From positions 10,409 through 74,408 of the IMG/VR virus record IMGVR_UViG_3300023174_000145: DNA of 64,000 nucleotides. One strand, written 5' to 3'. This DNA is from a virus. This document shows positions 30,396-39,300 of the stretch, in pieces. The position numbers and the translations under genes were made by a program. Position 1 is the stretch's first letter, and every line of letters starts with the position of its first letter. The notes beneath the pieces were generated by a model. The model had not been told where the DNA came from. It made no database searches and was given only the letters and a program-made list of their open reading frames with translations.

Positions 30396-33300
30396 TAACA
30401 GTAAACACCTCTTGAGTTATTACCTATTGTACCACCCATAGCCTTATTAACGTGACCCATAACCATATCCATACCTGCACCATTAAAGTTAAAGTGATAA
30501 GTTGGGGCATTTGTGTTACCTTCTGCATATCCACCGCCATTATATTGTGCAATAGATGCTATACCAGATGGAGAAATGGATGGTGTTGAAGGAATACTAT
30601 ATGTAGGAGAAGATGGAACTGAGGTTCGTGGCATTACTCCAACACCACCCCCACCTGCATATCTTCCAGCATTAACAGCATTCATAAATGGAACGCCATA
30701 CTTTGCTACAGAAGAAGCCTTTACTACATATTCCCCATTTGACAACATCGCTGGTATAGAATCGGAAGTTGTGCTTCCTGGACCAACCATATGTCCACCA
30801 TTAGCGGCATATTTAAACCAAGGGAAAAGTCTATGAGTTATTCTAGAACCACCATAATTTGTTACGTTTGAATAATCTTCGCCCTCACCTTTACCTGTTA
30901 AAATATTGAATAGTGATTGAGCAGAGTCAAATTGATCCAGTTTTTCCGCTGCCTCTGGAACATATTTTTTGGCTGCTTTTCCAACAGGTTTTGCAGCATT
31001 TAATACCGACCTTACTCTATTGCTTTCAATTATTGATTTAATTTTATTAGACTCTGAAAAAGTTTTTAGTTTATTAACATCTGTAACTAAATCTATAAGT
31101 GTTCCACTAGCATAAACAGCATTTTTTGCATCTATTGTTTTTGACAATAATCCAGCAACTCTAGATGCTTTTGACGCAATAGATGCAATTCTTCCAACCT
31201 GAGCAAATTTTGCAAGCATAGCAGCCTGACCAGCTCCTGGAACAAACATAAGGGCGGTGGTGCCTAATTCTAATAATCCACCACCAAGTGATTTAAATCC
31301 AGCCTTAAATTCACCTTTTCTAAAATGCCTATACATACTAGTAAAATCATCAACACCCAGTAAATTATTTGCAATTCCAGAGCCAATACCCTTAATAAAC
31401 TTTTTAGGATCTTTCATTGTAGATATTGCAAAATTTTCAACAGTATCTGAGATGTCAGAGACGGTGCTTCTTGCTCCATTCCATAAACGTTTAACCAATC
31501 CACCAAATGCAAAGTGTTGAGAATTTATAGAATCTAAGAAAGGTTTTCCATACTTTGATACAGATGATGCTTTAACTACATATTCTCCATCAGATAACAT
31601 AGCTGGAATTGAGTCAGATGTTGCTGTTCCTGGACCTGAGATATATCCACCATCTGCCCAATATTTCCATTGTGTAACAGGAGTTTTTGATGGATCTGTT
31701 TTAAGTGCTTTTTTATTGTATGGAGATCCATCAGCATATTGCCATTTTCCACCAACTTCGTAAATTCTTGTTCCATCTTGAGCATATCCAGATTTTGCAG
31801 TTGATGGTGGGCTTGTTTGTGGAGTTGTTGGTGGATTTGTAATTCCAGGCAAACCATTTTCATTAAGTGTTATGGCATAAGCAAAAGCTGCAACAGCTTC
31901 TGTAACTCCAGGAGCAGGTGGTTTTTGCAAAAGACCAAATACATCCTTATAGGCTTTAGATGTTTCTGGATCAATACCCTGTGATTGAAATATCTTTTTT
32001 ACATTTGTACTTGCAGCATTTAATCTATCTACTGCATCCATCGTGTCTCCAGCCATAATAGCAACAGCATCATTAAAACCTGATTTTGCAGTGTTAAATG
32101 ATTTGATTATACTTTGATCTTTAGTATTAATAGTCAATCCAGTTCCAGCAGAAATTCCTGTCTTTTCTGCTTTATCTGCAGCAGATTGTGCAGCAAGTAT
32201 TGCTTTCTGCCAGCCTGGAGTACCAATAGACATACCCTGAGCTTTTTCAATCAAATCTAATGCTTGAGTTATTTGACCAACAGCTTGTGATTCTTTTTTG
32301 CGAAGCAAATCTATTTCTGCATTAATATTATCTATCTCAGCCTGATGTCTGGTATCTTCTGCTTTCTTTCTGTCATCAATAGCCTTTAATGAATCATCAA
32401 GTTTCTTTTGTTCTGCATCGGCGGTGTCTTGAATATTTTGCATAGACAAATCTCTACCATATTGATCTGCTGCACTTGCTGCCTCTATTTGAGAACCAAT
32501 AAATCCAAATACATCTCCAGATGCTATAGCCTTTAATCCAGTTAAACCAGTTTGTCTTTGCTTTGCATAAAAATCCTCTGCTTCTTTTTCTTTTTGTAAT
32601 TGCTTTAAATAGTAATCGGTATTTTCTTGCAATATACCTTTTTTGTTATTAATTCTTTCTGCTTCAAGATCTAGATTTTCTAATGCCTTTTCGTGTCTTT
32701 TATCTTCAGTTTCAAGTTCTGCCTGTTTTGCCTCTATTGCAACATCAAATACTTTTTGAATACCTTCTTTTAATTGATTTAGTTGTTTTGCGGTATCTTC
32801 TAGTTGAAGGTCAACATCAGTTTCTATTTTTACAAGAGACATTCTTTTTGCTAATTCTTCTGGAATTTTTTTGCCAAGGTCTGCCTCTATTGTTCCATTT
32901 AAAATTGCTGCACTAAGGTCTTGACCCATACCATTACCTAGAGCAAGAAGTGCAGCTTTTTGTTTTGATTTATCTAGTTTAAAGAAAGCACCATCTTTTC
33001 CAAAAAAATCAAACAGTGCGCTTCCTTCTCCAAAACCTGCATCTTTAACCATTTGTTGTAGTTGATCTGACAATTTTCCTATATCAGCATTTTTAAATTC
33101 AGAAACTATTAAATTTACTGCTTCTGTGGAAGCAGTTGGATTTTCCGCAGCCATTGCAAATGCAGATTTTAATGTTGCACCTAACTGTGATGCAATTTGA
33201 GTTTTAACTTTATTATCAATTAATACTGGTGCAATTAATGATGTAATCTGCGCTCCACCAAGATAGCCCCAAACACCTTTTGTTCCAAAAATTCCCCTTA

Positions 33301-36300
33301 AGAATTTATCCTTAAGACCATTTCCAGTTGCACCAAGTGCTTCAAACATTACTCTTTGATTTTCAGCACCAGACTTCATAAGTTGGTCCCAACTCTGACC
33401 ATTCCATTGTGCTTTAACACCAAATTCATTAGATCTCTGTTGTAATAAAGCTGTTTGATTTTTTAATGTTAATATTTGTTGAGCCAGAGCATCTGGTGCT
33501 GTTTTTATTGTTTTAAGTCTTTCAACTACACTAGCATAAGAATCTAAGGCTTGTCCTTGTCTTGCAATTTCTGCCGTTATTTCTCTTGCTTCTTTAGCCT
33601 TTATACCTCTTTGAATTAAATTGCTATAAACATTAACAAGCTGATTATTCTTTTCTTGCAAACTTTTTGTACTTTTTAATGTGTCAATCAATGGACTAAA
33701 ATCTGTTTTAACTGTTTTTTCAAAAGCTTTATTGTATGCACCAATGCCTTGATCTAAACCAGAAATATTTTGAGCAACTTTATTAAATTTTTCTACAGCA
33801 TCTGTTGTAGATTTTAACTGAATACCTAACAATTTTGCAGTTTCTGTAGGTTCAGCAAAAGCTGCTTTTCCAGCCTGTCTTGCTTTTTCCATTTCAGCAT
33901 TATAAATTTCAATACCTTTTTGAATCCCAGTAATTGCAAGATCAATTCCCATACTAACTATAGGATTACTTAAAGCACTTGCAAGTTTGCCCATACCAGA
34001 CCCAACTCCAGATAGTCCCTTTCCAATAAATCTTTTAATAGGACTATTAACAGCTTTTCTAGTTTTAATATCGTAGATATCGGCACTCATTTCGTCACCT
34101 TTATCTTTTAAGGTTTGTCCAAAAGTACCCATACCACTATTTGCAAAGTATTTTAGTCCTTGTGTAGCAGCAGCAATTCCAGCAACCCATTTTTGTCTGC
34201 CATTTTGAACATCAGATGTGAATTGATCCAATACAAACTTCATTTGAAAACCTGATGTTGCCATCATACTGAAAGCTGCAGCAAACTTACCCATACTTCC
34301 TGGTTGAATATCTCCCATATATACTGGTTCTGTAAAATCTGCCGATGTGCTGTCAAAGTTGTTTGCTCTAAAGTTTTTACCACGAATTAATGATGTTCCA
34401 AATGGATGAACAATTCTCTTTCTTGCTTCATCTCCTGGACTTGTAACACCTGCTACTCTGCCATCTGGAGTAACCGCCAAAAGTTCACGGCTTGAAACAG
34501 CCATTGGATGACCACTTGCAGATGTGACCAACATATCATCAATAGTGCTTGAAAGAATCTTACCATCAGGAGATACATTAACGGTAGCACCTGTACCACT
34601 AATTCTGTCTCCACCGCCAGCAAATGATGGATAAATAATTTTTGATTTAGAAACTCCACTTGGCATAACAACACCACTTCTTGATTGTGGAGTTTTTGCA
34701 TCTTCGTTATATGAAATAACTTTAACTGTTGGCAAGCCTGGTGGCAATGCTCTAGATTGAAGTGTTTCATAGAAGTCACCCTTTAGTCTTTCTTGCAAAC
34801 CTGCAACTACCGCAATAGGAATACCTTTTCCATCTTTTGTATTTCTTGGAAACATTCTTGCAAGTTCAAGCATAGTCATAGCACCTTGGCGGGTAGTTGG
34901 ATGAATACCCTTAGAAAGATTAGTTAACTGTTCAATTACAACATTCTTTGGTAATCCTGTTTGTGACATAACTGCATCAATAACATATGGTGCTAATAAT
35001 CCACCACGACTTTGAATATCGCCTCTGCTTTTAAGTGTTTCAAGGAATGTATTATATACCTGAGATTCTTTTATTAGATTTGCTGCTTCCCATATCTTTG
35101 TATACACTTCTCCAGTATTTGTTGTTGCAGGATTAATGTGCGCTAATACGTCTAGCATATAATACATAGCTTTTTTATCTGGATTTTCAAGACCAGCATC
35201 AATTAATGCTTGCATAATTGCTCGTGACTCTGCACCCTTTGTAGCCCAATCAGGCAGTGATCTTAAAACAGTTTCATATTGTTTTGGTGCAGATCCCTTT
35301 TTGTCCCATTTATGAGTTGCTTCTTTCATAGAGTCTTCTGCAAAATTATTCACTCTGCCGCCAGATTGTAGATGTTCTGGATTTAATAAATGTGAAACTC
35401 CAGTAATGTTTTTACCAGTAAGTTCATCTGTAACGCCAAAAAGTTTTGCAAGAGCAATTTCAATTATATTTGGATAAACTTTTGTTCCTGGATTTTTAGC
35501 CCTTCTGCGCTCCGTATTATCTCTAGTTTTTGCAAGAGTGCCACCAATTCCCTCAGCCGCTGTTTGAAAAACTGTATAATCAGCTTTTTTCCTTTGATAA
35601 ATTTTTTCAGGTAATGGAAAACCTTTAAGTTTTGCTGGCAAATTTTTTAAAGTATATGACCCATCTTTTTCTAGTACATATCCCAAAGCATCAAATGCTT
35701 TATCTACACCAAATGCTCCTAAGTCTGTTCTAACATCAGAAAACTCTCCTCGTTTTTTAAAGTCTTCTATTAGCGACTGAACCTTTTTTGACATTAAAGT
35801 TTTTTGATAAAGTTCTGGATCATTAATCATATCGTTTGGATCTGTTTTATTTAATTTGTTAGAAACAAAAGACTGTATTTCTTTAGGATTAATTGTTGTT
35901 CCAATTTTATTAAACAATGCAGTCATTGTATTTAAAGCTTTTGGTGCATTTATATAATTATACAAATCCATTTCTTTTGCTGATGACTTAGAAAGCTCAC
36001 TATTTAATGTTTTTGGTATGTCAAATCCAATAGGATAAAGCAATCTACTTGCTCCAAAACTCATATAAGGTACAGTATGTGCAAATGCTAAATTATTAGA
36101 TTTATATTCTTTTTGATACAAAGATTTATCAGCAAAATTATTTACTCTTCCACCAGATTGCAGCATCCAAGTTGGGAAACCTGCATCTATTGCCTGTTGA
36201 CGCTCTGCTGCATCTGCTGCTTTCTTTTCTAATGCTTTTGCTGTAGGAGCAGATTTTGGCTTAACTGGTTCTGGTTTAATGCCAACGTGATGAGCGTGTA

Positions 36301-39300
36301 TTTCTTTCCAATTAATTTTACTTGCTGCTGACAAATCACCAATAAGTAATTGATACATTGCTTTTTCTTCAGGTGTTAGATTTTGAAGAGCACCAATAGC
36401 ACCACCAGCATTTGCCTGTGCCTCAGCAATAGCATTTAAGAAACCAGCCTCATATTGCTCTGGTGTCATTGATGCTGCTATACCTGCTGTTGCTTCTGCA
36501 AACCATCTACGAGCACCACCTTTTTGCATAAGGAAATTAATTCTTGCTTGTGTAGCAACATCATACTTTTTACCACTTAATGTTCTTGGCTGTGATGCTC
36601 TATCTGAAACATATGCAGCACCTGTATCTGTAACAATGCTATCAAATAAATTATCTGCTTGAAGGTCGGCATCCCCACGAATAATTGCTGCAAGTGCTTG
36701 TTTAAAGAATGCTTCTGGTGCAATCTGTCCAGATGTTTTAGCAAATCTTGAATCAAACGGTGAACGAACACCAAACATTTGCTGACCAGTTTGTGGATGT
36801 AAGAATTTAATTAGTTCTTGTTGTGGTGTGGTCAAACCAAACATATCTTGAGTTAATTGTGTTCCTCTAGATTCAATAAGGGCGGAATCAAGTGTGTTAT
36901 GACCCTTAACAATAAACTTTTGACCATTAATTTCATAAACACCATTAACTCCAGGAATAGCAGAACTAAATCCGCCCATACCACTTTGTCTTTGACCAAC
37001 ATCAGTTATTGGCATACCAGCAAATCTTCCAGTAGTTGCTTCTAGATGAGCAAGGGCAAGCATTTCTTCAATAGCTGCTTGTTTGTCTGCATATTTTTGT
37101 GGCATTAATGATTTAGATTCAAAGTTGTTTACTCTTCCACCTTTTAGATATCCAACTGGACTAAGATCTGGTATATGAGCTGGATATGGTTGTTTTAGCT
37201 GTACATAGTCGCTATTCTCTTCATCCCAAATATCATAGATTGCTTTATTAGATATTGGAGATAGACTAATTCCATCTCTACCAATATTAAAGTTTGTTAT
37301 AGTTGCAGGAGACCATTTGATACCTTGATATCCTTCTTTAACTAAATATTCAAAAAATGGGGAGCCAGGACCACTATGTTCTGCTGCACTTGCTGCATCT
37401 CTAAGCCAATGATTTTTATTAAAGGATGGTCCATAATAATCTCTGTCCTGCATTGCTTCTTTTCCAGATTTTGTTCTAGAAAAAGAATTAATAAGTTGTA
37501 TTAATTGTTTACTTGGTTCGTGAAAATCTGTTGTTTCATCATATGCTTCAATATAGCCTTTTCCTCTAGCAACTTTTCTAAAAGCTTCTCTTGTTTTTGA
37601 AATAGTATATTTGAAGCCTCCTGCATAACTATCCCAGCCTTCATCGTGTGTCTTTAAGTTTGATGAAAAATATGTTCCAGGACCTTCCATTTGAGCTGAC
37701 CCTCTATCATACTTTTCCATAGTTTGAATACGACTTGGATCTATGGCAAGCATTTGGTCTCCAGCGTGAACCATAAACATTTCCATAAGAGCTGCTTTCA
37801 TTCCTGGACTTAACTGATTTGGATCAGTAATATTAAACATACTCATATATCTTCTTAGTATATTTAATTGTGTTTTTTCTTCTTCTGACCGACCAACAGC
37901 ATTAGGAAGCAAAATATGAAGTGCAGTATTTAAAGGATTTGATCCCCATATTTCATCATCTGGATATGGTCTTCTTTTTTCAGACCTTCCACGACCAAAA
38001 CCTTTAAAATTATGAGACTGTAACTCTGTATCTATATATTGAGAAGAAGCCTTTTTTATTTCTTCTTCTGTCCAGCCAACCTCAGCACTCTGTATTCTTC
38101 CACCATTTTGTTTAAAATTAAGAACATAAGGGAATAAATGCTTTTGCTCGTCATAGGCTTTTTGACCACCTCTGAAACTAGATGGCGGTGCCCACATTTG
38201 AGAAACAGAATCTAATACCCCAGAAGTTGTAGCTGTTGCTATTTCTCTTTCCTTTAACTGCTCTCCCATATATTCAGTGCTTTGTGCTATTTGTGATATA
38301 GGAAGCATTGATGTGCCTTTACCAAACAATCTTTCAATCATAACTGTTTGAGGCTCTACACCCATAGGAAGTTGGCTTTGAAGTTCATTCTTTACCGCCT
38401 GAACAGTTTCTTCTCTGGCTCTTCTACCACGATCTATAGCATCTTCAGTAATTGGATCGGTAGGAGATAAACCAATTCTTTTTTGTAAATCTTCTATTAC
38501 AAATGGATTATTTGGTTCTCTTCTAAACATATCAACAACATAATTAAATGCATCTAGATTCTTTTGTTTTCTAAGCAAGTCTTCTTGAATAAAACTTCTA
38601 CCAGAAAGAGGATTGCTAAATTGTTTTCCAACTAGCCAGTCAAGTGCGTGTTCGCTATATGATTGTGGAGAACCATTAAAGTTAATTTTTCTTCCAGCAA
38701 GACTTAAGAAATCTCCAGATTCTAGTGCTTGCAAAATAGCAAGTTGGTCTGCGTCTGGTATTTCTCCAGGAAGTCCCAAAGATGTTTTTCTTCTAAGAGT
38801 CATCGGGTCTTTAGATGGCTCAAAGTATGACATAAATTTTTGAAGTCTTTCTGGATCTTGTCTTAGATATTGAGTGCTTTGTTGCCAAGATTCTACTAAT
38901 GATAATAATTCTGGTGATACTGATTTATCAGCGTAGTTATTTACTCTACCGCCAGACTGGAATATAGGAACTTCACGACCATTTATATTTTTAGTTGCTC
39001 CTGGAAGAACAGAATGAAGCATAAGCATTCTTGTTTTAAGGTCACTACCATATCCAGTAATTGGAATACTCATTCCACCAGGAAGAATAAACTCACCTTC
39101 ATTGCCCCATTGAGTTGTACCTTGAAAAAGTGACTGAACATCTATGCCACCAATATTATTTCCTTTACCAGTCCAAAGGTCGTGTATCCAAGGAATTAAT
39201 TCTCCAGCATCTAGTTTTCTTTGACGAGAATCAGAAACCCTTTTATTTTTTGGATCTTGAAATGTTTTAATAAATCTTTTGTAAAATTCTGTATCTTGAA

